Below, piece after piece: positions 28,609 to 37,805 of a stretch of 64,000 nt of DNA (positions are counted from its first letter, which is position 1; every line of letters begins with the position of its first letter). Origin of the DNA: an uncultured Gemmatimonadales bacterium (GTDB lineage Bacteria; Gemmatimonadota; Gemmatimonadetes; Gemmatimonadales; GWC2-71-9); NCBI GenBank assembly GCA_963825055.1, contig CAWGSK010000009.1, forward strand, positions 160,001-224,000, read 5' to 3'. Under the pieces are notes generated by a model, which was given only the letters and a program-made list of their open reading frames with translations, was not told the origin of the DNA and did no database searches. The position numbers and the translations under genes are program-made.

Positions 28609-29393
28609 TTGTTGAGGAGGATCTTGGCGAGGAGGGTGTCGAACAGCAGGATAATGACCGAACTGCTCACGACCGCCATGGTGGTCGCCTTGCCCACGCC
28701 CTCAGCTCCCTGCTTGGTATTGAAGCCCATATAGCACGGGATGAGGGTGATGGCCCCGGCGAAGAAGAACGCCTTGATGAGGGAGTACCAGGCATCGAAT
28801 GGGCGCCAGTAGTACTGGGCGCCGTAGATGAAGTCCGCGTTGGTCAGCGGCAGCACCTGCTTCGCCGAATACCAGCCCGCAGCGATCCCGATGATATTGG
28901 CGAACACCACCAGGACAGGCACCATGACCAGCCCTGCCAGCACCCGGGGAATGATCAGGTGCGAAGCCGGGTTCCTCCCCAGGCTTTCCAGGGCGTCGAT
29001 CTGTTCGGTGACCCGCATCGTGCCGAGCTCAGCGGCGTAGCGGGCCCCGATCCGGCCGGCGAGGATGAGCCCCGTCAGGACCGGTCCGAGTTCGAGCACG
29101 ATGGAACTGACGACCAGCGTGCCGACCACGTAGAGAGGCAGGCTCGACTGGAACTGGTACCCGGTCTGGAGTGCCGTCACCGCGCCGGCAAAACCGGAGA
29201 TCAGGAGCACGATGAAAAGGCTGCCGACCCCGATGTTCCAGGCTTCGATGAAGGTCCGCGGCAGCCAGATCCGCCATTCCGGCAGGGCACGGACGAGTTC
29301 GGCCACGAGAGCGCTGATCCGGCCCACGTGGGCAAGGATGCCCATGGTCGTTCGTCCCACCCAGCGGGGTACAGCCAGGACGGCAGTCGGCAT
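28605..29393 (-). CDS. mlaE: MlaE-type ABC permease
   Basis: ELGPVLTG..LAGRIGA..AAELGTMRVTEQIDALE, GAEGVG. Confidence 0.93.
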   Translation of the reverse strand: MPTAVLAVPRWVGRTTMGILAHVGRISALVAELVRALPEWRIWLPRTFIEAWNIGVGSLFIVLLISGFAGAVTALQTGYQFQSSLPLYVVGTLVVSSIVLELGPVLTGLILAGRIGARYAAELGTMRVTEQIDALESLGRNPASHLIIPRVLAGLVMVPVLVVFANIIGIAAGWYSAKQVLPLTNADFIYGAQYYWRPFDAWYSLIKAFFFAGAITLIPCYMGFNTKQGAEGVGKATTMAVVSSSVIILLFDTLLAKILLNK

Positions 29394-29478
29394 GCATCCT
29401 CAGGGTCATAATGATGGAGGTTCCGGCGGCGGCAGGCCATCTCCTCCCGTGGTGCGGCTGGCTGTATCTTGGAGCCCC

Positions 29479-30156
29479 ATGCCCGCAAAGTCTACCCCTT
29501 ACGTCACGCGCCATGCCGTGGATTTCCGCCGCCGGCTCCTGCACTGGTTCCGTCGCCACGGCCGTGACCTGCCGTGGCGGCAGACCCGTGACCCGTACCG
29601 GGTCCTGGTCTCGGAGTTCATGCTCCAGCAGACCCAGGTCTCCCGCGTGGAGCAGTACTACCCCGCCTTCCTGTCCGCATTCCCCAGTATTCACGCCCTC
29701 GCCGCCGCGGCGCCTTCCCGGGTTCGGGAACGATGGGAGGGACTGGGTTACTACCGTCGCGCGGCCAACCTCCACCGGCTGGCGCGGGTCGTGGTGGATG
29801 AATGGGAGGGAGTCGTGCCGGATCAGGTCGAGGCGCTGCGCCGGCTGCCGGGTGTCGGCCGGTACACGGCCGGGGCCGTGGCCTCCTTCGCCTTCGAACA
29901 GGCCGAACCCGCGGTCGACACCAACGTGTCCCGGGTCATCCGGCGCGTGTTTCACCCGCGCCGGGACACCACTGAGCGGCGCGTCTGGACCACCGCAGCA
30001 GCCATCCTGCCGCGGCGCCGCTCAAACGCCTGGTCCTTCAATCAGGCGATCATGGAACTCGGCGCCATGGTGTGCACGGCCAGAGTGAAGAAGTGCGGGG
30101 TGTGCCCGGTGAGGCCGGTGTGCAGGAGCAGTGAGAACGTGAGAAGTGAGAAGTGA
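29479..30156 (+). CDS. mutY: A/G-specific adenine glycosylase, short form without C-terminal NUDIX domain
   Basis: RDLPWR, VSEFMLQQT, WEGLGYY, LPGVGRYTA, VDTNV, CX6CX2CX5C. Confidence 0.92.
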   Translation: MPAKSTPYVTRHAVDFRRRLLHWFRRHGRDLPWRQTRDPYRVLVSEFMLQQTQVSRVEQYYPAFLSAFPSIHALAAAAPSRVRERWEGLGYYRRAANLHRLARVVVDEWEGVVPDQVEALRRLPGVGRYTAGAVASFAFEQAEPAVDTNVSRVIRRVFHPRRDTTERRVWTTAAAILPRRRSNAWSFNQAIMELGAMVCTARVKKCGVCPVRPVCRSSENVRSEK

Positions 30157-30194
30157 GAAGAGAACCTTCTCACTTCGTGCTCACCACCTCTCAC
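30131..30194. repeat. GTGAGAA x4 arm spanning the mutY stop, plus an inverted TTCTCAC-like arm
   Basis: Read directly; lies between convergent genes. Confidence 0.8.
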
Positions 30195-30213
30195 TGCACG
30201 CTTTGCTGCGCAG

Positions 30214-30657
30214 TTATCGAAGGGCTCCCGCCACCAGGGCGATCAGACCCAGCGTGCCCGAAATGCTGCTCCAGAGCCGCTGGCGGTCCCGCAGGAGCTT
30301 GACGTAGTCCGTATACTCCCCGGCCGGATCGAGCCGGGCGAGCTTGCCGGCGGTCGGGACGGTCACGGCGAGGGTGATGATACCCGCCGCAAAGCCGGCG
30401 ATCGTCATGACCAGGAGCCACATCGGGGGCATCCCGCCATAGAGCTGCATGGTCATAATGATGCCGGTGAAGAGCACCGCGCCCGCACCAGGCCCCACGA
30501 GGACACGCGCCACACCCGCCTGGAGGCGCGCGAGTACGGCCAGCGACACGGGATCCTCCCGCCTGGCAAAGACCCGCATGACCATCATGGACAGCGCGCC
30601 ACCAAGCCACAGGACAAAGCCGAGCATGTGGAGGAAGAGCCAGACACGGTGCATCAT
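30214..30657 (-). CDS. Four-TM hypothetical membrane protein (DUF2269-like)
   Basis: LFLHMLGFVLWLGG start; four hydrophobic segments. Confidence 0.7.
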   Translation of the reverse strand: MMHRVWLFLHMLGFVLWLGGALSMMVMRVFARREDPVSLAVLARLQAGVARVLVGPGAGAVLFTGIIMTMQLYGGMPPMWLLVMTIAGFAAGIITLAVTVPTAGKLARLDPAGEYTDYVKLLRDRQRLWSSISGTLGLIALVAGALR

Positions 30658-31079
30658 TTGCTCCGGGCGACAAGGGCTGGATCAAGGGGCTGCCGGCCGC
30701 CGAACCCGGCCTCGATCTCATGCCAGTGGGTGATGCGCGGCTCACCAAGCCGCCAGCACAGGAACACCAGGCGATCATCCATCAGCGTATAGAAATCCAC
30801 CAGGCCGGCGTCGAATCCCTTGAACAGGCATCCGACCTGCTTGAGTTCCTCGAGATAGCCGTTGATCCGCTCGGCCAGGCCGGAGACGGCGTCGCGTGCC
30901 TCGAGCAGCTCCGGGGTCTCTCCCCAGTCCGCCCGCGCGCCGCCGGTGATGACTTCGTACCGGGCCACTGCCTCGCGCCAGAGGGGATAGTCCGCCTGGA
31001 GGTCCCGCACGATGCGGGATACGAGCGGGAGGGTGCGCTCGGCTTCTTCCAGCGTGAAGATCCGTACATCATCCTTCAT
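30654..31079 (-). CDS. DUF2203 family protein
   Basis: FTLEEAERTLP, GLVDF, LCWRLGEPRITHWH..AGF.GRQP. Confidence 0.88.
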   Translation of the reverse strand: MKDDVRIFTLEEAERTLPLVSRIVRDLQADYPLWREAVARYEVITGGARADWGETPELLEARDAVSGLAERINGYLEELKQVGCLFKGFDAGLVDFYTLMDDRLVFLCWRLGEPRITHWHEIEAGFGGRQPLDPALVARSK

Positions 31080-31171
31080 GATCAGCCCCGGACGATATTG
31101 ACCACCACGACACCCCGGGCGACTCGCCTGCAGCCTCGCCCCGTGATCGGCTGTCGCTCAATCCACACAAG

Positions 31172-32014
31172 TTAACGGGGCCGGACCGCCCGGTCGCGCC
31201 ATGCCGTGATTGCTTCCCGGGTCGCCCGTGCACCCTCCCCGGCGAACCGCGCCGCCGCGTCCACCCGGAAGGTGGCCTCGCGGGGCAGCGACGGCCGCAC
31301 GTAGACGAGGGGCGGCCGGCCAGCCGAGGCGCGCCAGAGCGCCAGGTGGCTGCGGATGTTCTCCGCCATCAGGATGCCCGTCATCTCGTCGTGTGCGCGG
31401 ACCAGCGCGGGGAGCGACGGACCGCTTTCCGCAGCGGTCTCGTCTGCTCCGGGGCCGACGTTGACCGCCACCACCAGCTCCGCGCCCGTGTCCGCTGCCA
31501 CCTCGAGCGGCAGGACGGCCCGGAGCCCGCCATCCAGGTACCTCCGCCCGCTGATCACGACAGCGGGATAGTAGAGCGGGAGGGCCGTGGTGGCCGCGAG
31601 GGCGTCCATCAAGGGCACGTCCCGTCCACGATGCCCGAACAGCACCAGTTCGCCGGAGTCCGCATCCACGGCGGTGACCGTGAGCGGAAGCGGAAGTTCA
31701 TCGAAGCGACGCGCCGGGATCAGCCGCTCGAAGGTCCCACGGAGCGGCCCCGGCTTGAGCAGCGAATCGAGGAAGAGCGCACGCAGCGCCAGCAGGGGCC
31801 GGTTGACCGCCACGTCCTCGCGACGGATGCCGCCGACCCGCTCCATCACGGTGTCGGCGTCGAGCCCCGCGGCAAATGCAGCCGCCACCACCGCGCCCAG
31901 TGACGTGCCGATGTACTCGACCGGTGCGAGCCCCGCCTCCACCAGCGCCCGTTGGGCGCCGATCTGCGCGGAAGCCTTGGCCCCGCCACCGCCAAAGACG
32001 GCAACGACCCTCAC
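31172..32014 (-). CDS. Patatin-like phospholipase
   Basis: GGGGAK, GTSLG, DGG. Confidence 0.9.
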   Translation of the reverse strand: MRVVAVFGGGGAKASAQIGAQRALVEAGLAPVEYIGTSLGAVVAAAFAAGLDADTVMERVGGIRREDVAVNRPLLALRALFLDSLLKPGPLRGTFERLIPARRFDELPLPLTVTAVDADSGELVLFGHRGRDVPLMDALAATTALPLYYPAVVISGRRYLDGGLRAVLPLEVAADTGAELVVAVNVGPGADETAAESGPSLPALVRAHDEMTGILMAENIRSHLALWRASAGRPPLVYVRPSLPREATFRVDAAARFAGEGARATREAITAWRDRAVRPR

Positions 32015-32475
32015 GGTCGCCGGCTCCGTTCACGATGCAGGCGCGCCCGCTCGAACCTCGCTTCCTCCTCCGGCGTCTCCGCCACCAGGCGGGGCACCCG
32101 CTTCGGGTGGCCGTCAGCGTCGATCGCCACGAAGACGACACGCGCGGTGTGCGTGTGGCGGCGATGCCCCGTCGCCACCGCCTCGGCGTAGACCTCCACC
32201 GCGATGTCCATCGAGCTGTTGCCGACGTATTCGACCGCAGCCATGCACGTCACCAGCGCCCCGACCGGAATCCGCTCCCGGAAATCCACCCGGTCGATGC
32301 TCGCGGTCACCGCCGGCCCCCCGGCGTGCCTGATCGCCGCCACCGCCGCCGCCTGGTCAACCATCGCCAGCAGGTGCCCGCCGAACAGATCACCCAGGAT
32401 GTTCTGCATGTGCGGCATGACGAGTTGCGTCAGCGTGGCGGTGGAGAAGGACATGGGGTGGGAGGATTCGGACAT
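32011..32475 (-). CDS. Hotdog-fold acyl-CoA thioesterase
   Basis: N..GDLFGG.LL..VD, VTASID, VGNSSM, FVAID. Confidence 0.92.
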   Translation of the reverse strand: MSESSHPMSFSTATLTQLVMPHMQNILGDLFGGHLLAMVDQAAAVAAIRHAGGPAVTASIDRVDFRERIPVGALVTCMAAVEYVGNSSMDIAVEVYAEAVATGHRRHTHTARVVFVAIDADGHPKRVPRLVAETPEEEARFERARLHRERSRRP

Positions 32476-32494
32476 GGGTGCCTGCGGTGGGGAC

Positions 32495-32557
32495 GGTGAA
32501 CGGTGAACGGTGAACGGTGAACGGTGAACGGTGAACGGTGAACGGTGAACGGTGAAC
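32495..32557. repeat. Tandem heptamer (GGTGAAC) x9, perfect
   Basis: Read directly from the sequence. Confidence 0.97.
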
Positions 32558-32621
32558 CACGGGAATGGCTGTCCGCCCTGCACGGGGTCAAGCCTGGAAT
32601 CCCGTTTATCCGTTCATGCTG

Positions 32622-34394
32622 TCAGTAGTCGACAGGCCGCAAATAGTACTCCCCTATCGCCGTCTGCGAGAGCATGGCCACCGTCGGGAGGCGTCGCTTC
32701 CAGTGGGTCGATTCCAGCCGGTGGCGGACCAGCTCCACTTCCTCCTGGGTGAAGCCCGCGGCACTGATCTCGGCTGGGCGGTAGCCCAGCAACAGCCAGT
32801 GAAGAATCTCGTCGGCACGCGGATACGTGATGCCGAAGTCGCTTTCGTCCGTCTGGCCGACCACGAGGTCGGCGCTGGCCGGCTTCTCCACGATGGCCGC
32901 GGGCACACCCACGTAGCGCGCGAGCGCCCAGACCTGGGTCTTGAACAGGTCGCCGATCGGATTGACCGGTGGCGAATCGTCCGCATGCCAGGTGAAGTAC
33001 CCGAACAGGCGCTCGGTCTTGTTCCCCGTCCCGAGCGGCAGGGCGTGCAGCGCGGCGGAGAGGTCGAAAAGAGTGATCATGCGCATCCGTGCCATGATAT
33101 TCCCCTTCCGGCCGGGGGAAGTCTCGGACCCGATCGACTCGACCAGTGCGTCGACCGCCTGGCTGATGTCCACGGTGTGGCCGTGGATTCCCAGTGCCTC
33201 AATCACTTCCCCGGCATGCTCCAGGCTCTCCGCGCTGCTGGTGCGGTAGGGCATCCGCACGGCGTGCACGTTCTCCGCCCCCAGCGCCTCCGCCGCGAGC
33301 CAGGCGACCAGGGAACTGTCCACGCCGCCCGAGAGCCCCAGGATGACCTGCGAGAACCCCCGGCGACGCTGGACCTCGTCACGGATGAACTCTACCAGCC
33401 ACCGGCGCGTGAGTGCCGCGTCGATCGCCAGCGGGTCCTTCCGCATCTCCTCCGTGATGGCCGCGCGGGCGCCGGTCAGCGGGGGTGGCGGTGGAGGGCG
33501 GAGGGCGGGCTCCTCGGCCCGTTCCCCGCTCAGCGACGCGATCAGGTGCGGCCATCGGGCCTGCAGGTCGGAGAGGAGCGGCTGCTCGGCCCGGGCGCGC
33601 GTGATATCGTTGAAGTCCAGGGTCGCATGCACGACCGCGGGCTCGAAAATGGGCCCGCGCGCGACCAGGTTGCCGCGCGGGCCCATCACAATGGACCCTC
33701 CGGCGAAGGCCTTCCCACCCTCGAATCCCACCAGCTGGGCCACGGCCACGAACACCCCATGCTCCTCCGCCACCCCCTGCGCCAGGCGCTCCCAGCGACC
33801 GAGGTTCGCGGGTCGCGAACTGTTGGGCTCTCCGGGGTTCAGGCCGCGCGCCGGCGTCGCGCTCGGAATCAGGATGAGTTGAGCCCCGTCCAGGGCCGCG
33901 AGGGTCGGCACCATCGAGTGCCATGCGTCCTCGCAGATCATCATCGAGGCGCGTCCGAACCGGGTATCGAACGCCTGGACCGTCCGCCCGGGCTCGACGA
34001 ACCGCTCCTCGTCGAAGACACCATAGGTGGGGAGAAATACCTTGCGGTGGATGTGGCGGACGCCAGCCTCCGTCCCTCCCAGCGTGGCATACAGGGCGGA
34101 GTTGTACAGCTGGTTCCGCCAGACTTCGTAGAAGCCGATGGCGATGTCAACAGGAGGCGACCCGGAGCCGGTGTGCTGTTTCTCGAGGTCGCGGTAGAGT
34201 TGGTCCGCATCGAGGGCCAGGTCCCGCACCCCACCCTCGAGGAAATAGCCGGTGAGGGCCGACTCGGGGGCCAGGAGAACGTCGGGAGGATGCTCGAGCT
34301 CCCCCAGTTCGCGGAATCGCTCGCCGAGGTGGGCCAGGTTTTCCTGATAGGCGCCCTTCCGCGGCCGGAGCTGGAGGATGGCGAGGCGGAGCAT
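32622..34394 (-). CDS. nadE: Glutamine-dependent NAD+ synthetase
   Basis: Nitrilase domain (PES, HRKVFLPTYGVFDE, ICED) plus synthetase domain (GLSGGVDS, GTGNKTE, DLFKTQV). Confidence 0.94.
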   Translation of the reverse strand: MLRLAILQLRPRKGAYQENLAHLGERFRELGELEHPPDVLLAPESALTGYFLEGGVRDLALDADQLYRDLEKQHTGSGSPPVDIAIGFYEVWRNQLYNSALYATLGGTEAGVRHIHRKVFLPTYGVFDEERFVEPGRTVQAFDTRFGRASMMICEDAWHSMVPTLAALDGAQLILIPSATPARGLNPGEPNSSRPANLGRWERLAQGVAEEHGVFVAVAQLVGFEGGKAFAGGSIVMGPRGNLVARGPIFEPAVVHATLDFNDITRARAEQPLLSDLQARWPHLIASLSGERAEEPALRPPPPPPLTGARAAITEEMRKDPLAIDAALTRRWLVEFIRDEVQRRRGFSQVILGLSGGVDSSLVAWLAAEALGAENVHAVRMPYRTSSAESLEHAGEVIEALGIHGHTVDISQAVDALVESIGSETSPGRKGNIMARMRMITLFDLSAALHALPLGTGNKTERLFGYFTWHADDSPPVNPIGDLFKTQVWALARYVGVPAAIVEKPASADLVVGQTDESDFGITYPRADEILHWLLLGYRPAEISAAGFTQEEVELVRHRLESTHWKRRLPTVAMLSQTAIGEYYLRPVDY

Positions 34395-34415
34395 GGGGGG
34401 AAGGTAATGGAGGGA

Positions 34416-34500
34416 GCGAGTAGCGAATAGCGAGTGGCGAATCGTGATGACTCGGTCGGCCAAACCGTCCCGGATCCCCTTCTCGCTATTCGCTATTCGC
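34416..34500. repeat. Inverted heptamer arms: GCGARTA x4 (34416-34443) and TATTCGC x3 (34480-34500)
   Basis: Read directly; lies between divergent nadE and crcB. Confidence 0.85.
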
Positions 34501-34535
34501 TCTTTTATCATATCCCCATCCGAACAGGGACTCCC

Positions 34536-34901
34536 ATGATCTGGTACATCGCGATCGGCAGCGCAGCGGGAGGAATGGGGCGCTACCTCCTGAGTTCATG
34601 GGTCCAGCGGCTGGCTACCGGCGAGTTCCCCCTGGGAACCATGGCCGTAAACATCCTGGGATCCTTTCTCCTCGGCTTCCTGATGCGCTGGGCCCTGGAC
34701 ATGCCGACGGTCTCCGCCGAAATGCGCGGCATGCTGACCATCGGCTTCTGCGGTGGCTTCACCACCTTCTCCACATTCAGCTATGAGACCGCCCGACTGC
34801 TCCAGGATGGAGAGGTCGGACGCGCCGGCCTTTATGTCGCCGGCAGCGTACTGCTCTCCGTCGCCGCCATGTTCCTGGGCCTGGCGGCGGGCGGACGATG
34901 A
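34536..34901 (+). CDS. crcB: Fluoride efflux channel
   Basis: GGMGRY, FPLGTMAVNILG, GFCGGFTTFSTFSYE. Confidence 0.95.
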   Translation: MIWYIAIGSAAGGMGRYLLSSWVQRLATGEFPLGTMAVNILGSFLLGFLMRWALDMPTVSAEMRGMLTIGFCGGFTTFSTFSYETARLLQDGEVGRAGLYVAGSVLLSVAAMFLGLAAGGR

Positions 34902-35269
34902 AACCGGAGGGGACGATGCAAGGCATGACGGGCGAGCGCACCCTGATGCGTATCCACATCGGGGAGAGCGACAAGCAAGGCGGCAAGCCGCTGTACGAGG
35001 CCATCGTCCACCTCCTCCGGGAGCGTGGATTCGCGGGCGCGACCGTCCTGCGCGGGATCATGGGATTCGGCGCCACCGCGCGTGTCCATACCGAGAAGGT
35101 GCTGACCCTCTCGGTGGACCTCCCTCTCGTCATCGAATGCGTCGAGACGGAGGAGAAGATCGCCGCTATCCTGCCGGAGCTGGACGGAATGATCGGAGGC
35201 GGGCTCATCACGCTGGAACGGGCCCGGGTGATCATGTACCGGCCGGAGATCCGGAAGGCGCGCGGGTGA
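34898..35269 (+). CDS. DUF190 PII-like protein
   Basis: LMRIHIGESD, GATVLRGIMGFG, LSVDLPLVIE. Confidence 0.9.
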   Translation: MKPEGTMQGMTGERTLMRIHIGESDKQGGKPLYEAIVHLLRERGFAGATVLRGIMGFGATARVHTEKVLTLSVDLPLVIECVETEEKIAAILPELDGMIGGGLITLERARVIMYRPEIRKARG

Positions 35270-36714
35270 GGTCCGCGCAAGGGGGAAGAGGGATGGCGGG
35301 GGACCGCCTGGGGCTGGAGCCGGAGGAGCGGCGCACGCTCTGGCGACAGGTGGGCGAGGCCATCGAGCGCTACAGGGAGGAGCTCCCGGAACGGCCGGTA
35401 ACGCGCTCGCCCGGGCCCGGGGAGGTCCACGCCCTGCTGGAGTCGGTCGACCTCGACCGCCCCATGGAGCCCTCGGCCGCCCTCGACTTCGTCCGGCGGG
35501 GCCTGGACGGGCTCCAGGTCCAGGTCGCGCACCCCCGGTATTTCGGCCTGTTCAACCCCACCCCCACGGCCATGGGCATCGCCGGTGATGCCCTGGCGGC
35601 GGCATATAACCCGCAACTCGCAGCCTGGTCCCACAACCCGTTCGCGGTCGAGGTCGAGCAGTGGGTTCTCAGGGAGATCGGGAAGCGTTTCGGCTATCGC
35701 GATCCCATGTGTGGCACGTTTGCGAGCGGCGGCGCCGAAGCGAACACGACCGGCGTGCTGGCGGCACTCGCGGCGCGCTTTCCGGAGGCGGCCTCGGAGG
35801 GCGTTCGTGCCATCCCGGGCCTTCCGGTGCTGTACGTCTCCGCCGAGAGTCACCACTCGTTCGTGAAGGCAGCCCGGATTGCGGGGCTGGGGTCGAATGC
35901 CGTACGCCACGTCCCGGTGGACGCCGACCTCCGGATGCGTCACGACCTCCTCCGCGAACAGATCGCATCAGACCGTGCAGCGGGACACGTGCCGTTCCTG
36001 GTCGTAGCCACGGCAGGCACCACGAGCGCGGGAGTCGTGGACCCGCTTGCCGACCTGGCCGACGTGGCTGGAAGTGAGGGACTGTGGCTTCATGCCGATG
36101 CCGCCTGGGGCGGGGGCGCCATGTTCGTGCCCGGGCTCCGGAACGAACTTGCGGGCATAGAGCGCGCCGACTCGATCACGTTCGACGCCCACAAGTGGCT
36201 GTCCGCGCCTATGGGGGCCGGCATCTTCCTGAGCCGCCACGCAGACATCCTGGTGCGGACGTTCAGCACCCCTACGGCGTACATGCCGGATGCCCTCGGG
36301 CACAGCGCCGTGGTGGAGCCCTACCACACATCGATGCAGTGGAGCCGACGCTTCATCGGGCTCAAGGTCTTCCTCTCGCTGCTGGTGGCGGGATGGGACG
36401 GTTTTGCAGAGGCCATGGGGCATCAGGCCCGGATGGGGGATGTGCTGCGGCAGCGCCTGACCGGGGCCGGGTGGCCGGTGGTGAACCGGACCCGGCTTCC
36501 CGTAGTGTGCTTTACGGACGGGGAAGCAGAAGATGGTGGTTCGCTCGAGCATCTCCGTGCCATCGAGCGCCGGGTGGTGGATGATGGCGACGCCTGGATC
36601 TCCACCACCGTGCTGGACGGGAGGCGACCGGTGCTCCGCGCCTGCATCACCAGCTACCTTACAGAAGAGGAACACCTCGACGCGCTCGTCGAGGCGCTGA
36701 ACCGCTCACGATGA
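35266..36714 (+). CDS. Group II PLP-dependent amino-acid decarboxylase
   Basis: HPRYFG, GG.EAN, HHSFVKA, AGTT..G.VD, WLHADAAWG, DSITFDAHKWL. Start is GTG 35266 or ATG 35293. Confidence 0.9.
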   Translation: MRSAQGGRGMAGDRLGLEPEERRTLWRQVGEAIERYREELPERPVTRSPGPGEVHALLESVDLDRPMEPSAALDFVRRGLDGLQVQVAHPRYFGLFNPTPTAMGIAGDALAAAYNPQLAAWSHNPFAVEVEQWVLREIGKRFGYRDPMCGTFASGGAEANTTGVLAALAARFPEAASEGVRAIPGLPVLYVSAESHHSFVKAARIAGLGSNAVRHVPVDADLRMRHDLLREQIASDRAAGHVPFLVVATAGTTSAGVVDPLADLADVAGSEGLWLHADAAWGGGAMFVPGLRNELAGIERADSITFDAHKWLSAPMGAGIFLSRHADILVRTFSTPTAYMPDALGHSAVVEPYHTSMQWSRRFIGLKVFLSLLVAGWDGFAEAMGHQARMGDVLRQRLTGAGWPVVNRTRLPVVCFTDGEAEDGGSLEHLRAIERRVVDDGDAWISTTVLDGRRPVLRACITSYLTEEEHLDALVEALNRSR

Positions 36715-36754
36715 TCCTCGGCCTTCGACCTTCGACCTTCGCCCATACATCCTG

Positions 36755-37237
36755 ATGTCAGACAGCATGCTCGATGCCGCCGCCGGAATTGCCAACGCCT
36801 GCCGGCTCCTGCCGAATCTCCTGACCGGCGGACAGCCCTCTACCGGGCACCTGGAAGCACTCCAGCGCGCCGGCGCGGAGGTGATTCTCGACATCCGGGA
36901 CCCGATGGAACCACGCCCGATGGAAGAGGAGGCAGAGGTCCGGCGGCTCGGCATGGAATACATCAATATCCCGGTCAACTCCGGACAGGCCGACGACGAT
37001 ACCCTCGAGCGGATCCTTGCCCTTCTCCGGCTGCACAGGGACCAGCAGGTGTTCTTCCATTGCAACAGCGGCAACCGCGTCGGTGGTGCGCTGATCGCCT
37101 ATCTCATGCTCGACATGGGAATAAACGAGGACGAGGCCATCGAGAGCGCCATGCGGGCCGGACTGCGGAGCCCCGCGATGCTGGAGTGGGGAAGGGACTA
37201 TGCGGTACGAACGCGAGAAGCGAAGAGCGAGGGGTGA
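36755..37237 (+). CDS. Cys-dependent phosphatase / DUF442-like protein
   Basis: GGQP, YINIPV, HCNSGNR (CX5R). Confidence 0.85.
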   Translation: MSDSMLDAAAGIANACRLLPNLLTGGQPSTGHLEALQRAGAEVILDIRDPMEPRPMEEEAEVRRLGMEYINIPVNSGQADDDTLERILALLRLHRDQQVFFHCNSGNRVGGALIAYLMLDMGINEDEAIESAMRAGLRSPAMLEWGRDYAVRTREAKSEG

Positions 37238-37314
37238 CTAGCCTGGTGACTGGTGACTGGTGCTTCAGGGTGAGATCCCGGCACGGAAGCACTACTCACT
37301 ACTCACCGGTCACT
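37233..37314. repeat. Inverted heptamer arms (GGTGACT-like), each containing the stop of one convergent gene
   Basis: ggtgact..ggtgact ggtgact ggtgct / agcact actcact actcaccggtcact. Confidence 0.7.
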
Positions 37315-37714
37315 GCAGTTCCCTTCCCCCGCTCCACCGATGCCAGTACATCCGCATCTCGGTGATGAGCGACCCATCGGTCTCGCAGAAGATGGCACCC
37401 CGGGCATCGACCCACTCGCCCGTCCGGCGGCGGCGGAACACGCAGCGGAACTCGGTCGAGAACCAGGGCCCCGCCACAAAGATCTCCCCTGATGTGAACG
37501 TGATCTCGGACTGGTAGTAGGGCACGTCGCGCCAGTAGTCCCGGACGGCGTCAATCCCCTCGAACGGCGCTCCGAACGGCGTCTCGACGAACCGGATCTC
37601 CGGCGTGAACACGGAAAGCAGCAGCTCGAGATTTGCCCGGCTCCAGCCCTTGCCGAAGGTGTCGACCAGGGAACGGCCCAGCTCCCGCGTCCCTTCAGTG
37701 GTAGTCTCTGCCAT
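37310..37714 (-). CDS. NTF2/SnoaL-like protein
   Basis: FVETPF..PFEG.DAVRDYW, ITEMRMYWHR. Confidence 0.82.
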   Translation of the reverse strand: MAETTTEGTRELGRSLVDTFGKGWSRANLELLLSVFTPEIRFVETPFGAPFEGIDAVRDYWRDVPYYQSEITFTSGEIFVAGPWFSTEFRCVFRRRRTGEWVDARGAIFCETDGSLITEMRMYWHRWSGGRELQ

Positions 37715-37805
37715 GGGCACAACGTTAACCATCCGCCCGGCGTCCGGGCAGGGCCGGGCTCTGACAGGGTTGCCCCCTTCCCCCGCCCCCACCGACATTC
37801 CGGCC

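Noticed and set aside
9929..32557. Tandem arrays as CRISPR repeats
   Set aside because: Units are 7-8 nt and contiguous, with no spacers, and there are no cas genes.
34403..34535. Intact fluoride riboswitch upstream of crcB
   Set aside because: The P1 helix and full pseudoknot cannot be formed; kept only as a weak relic hypothesis.
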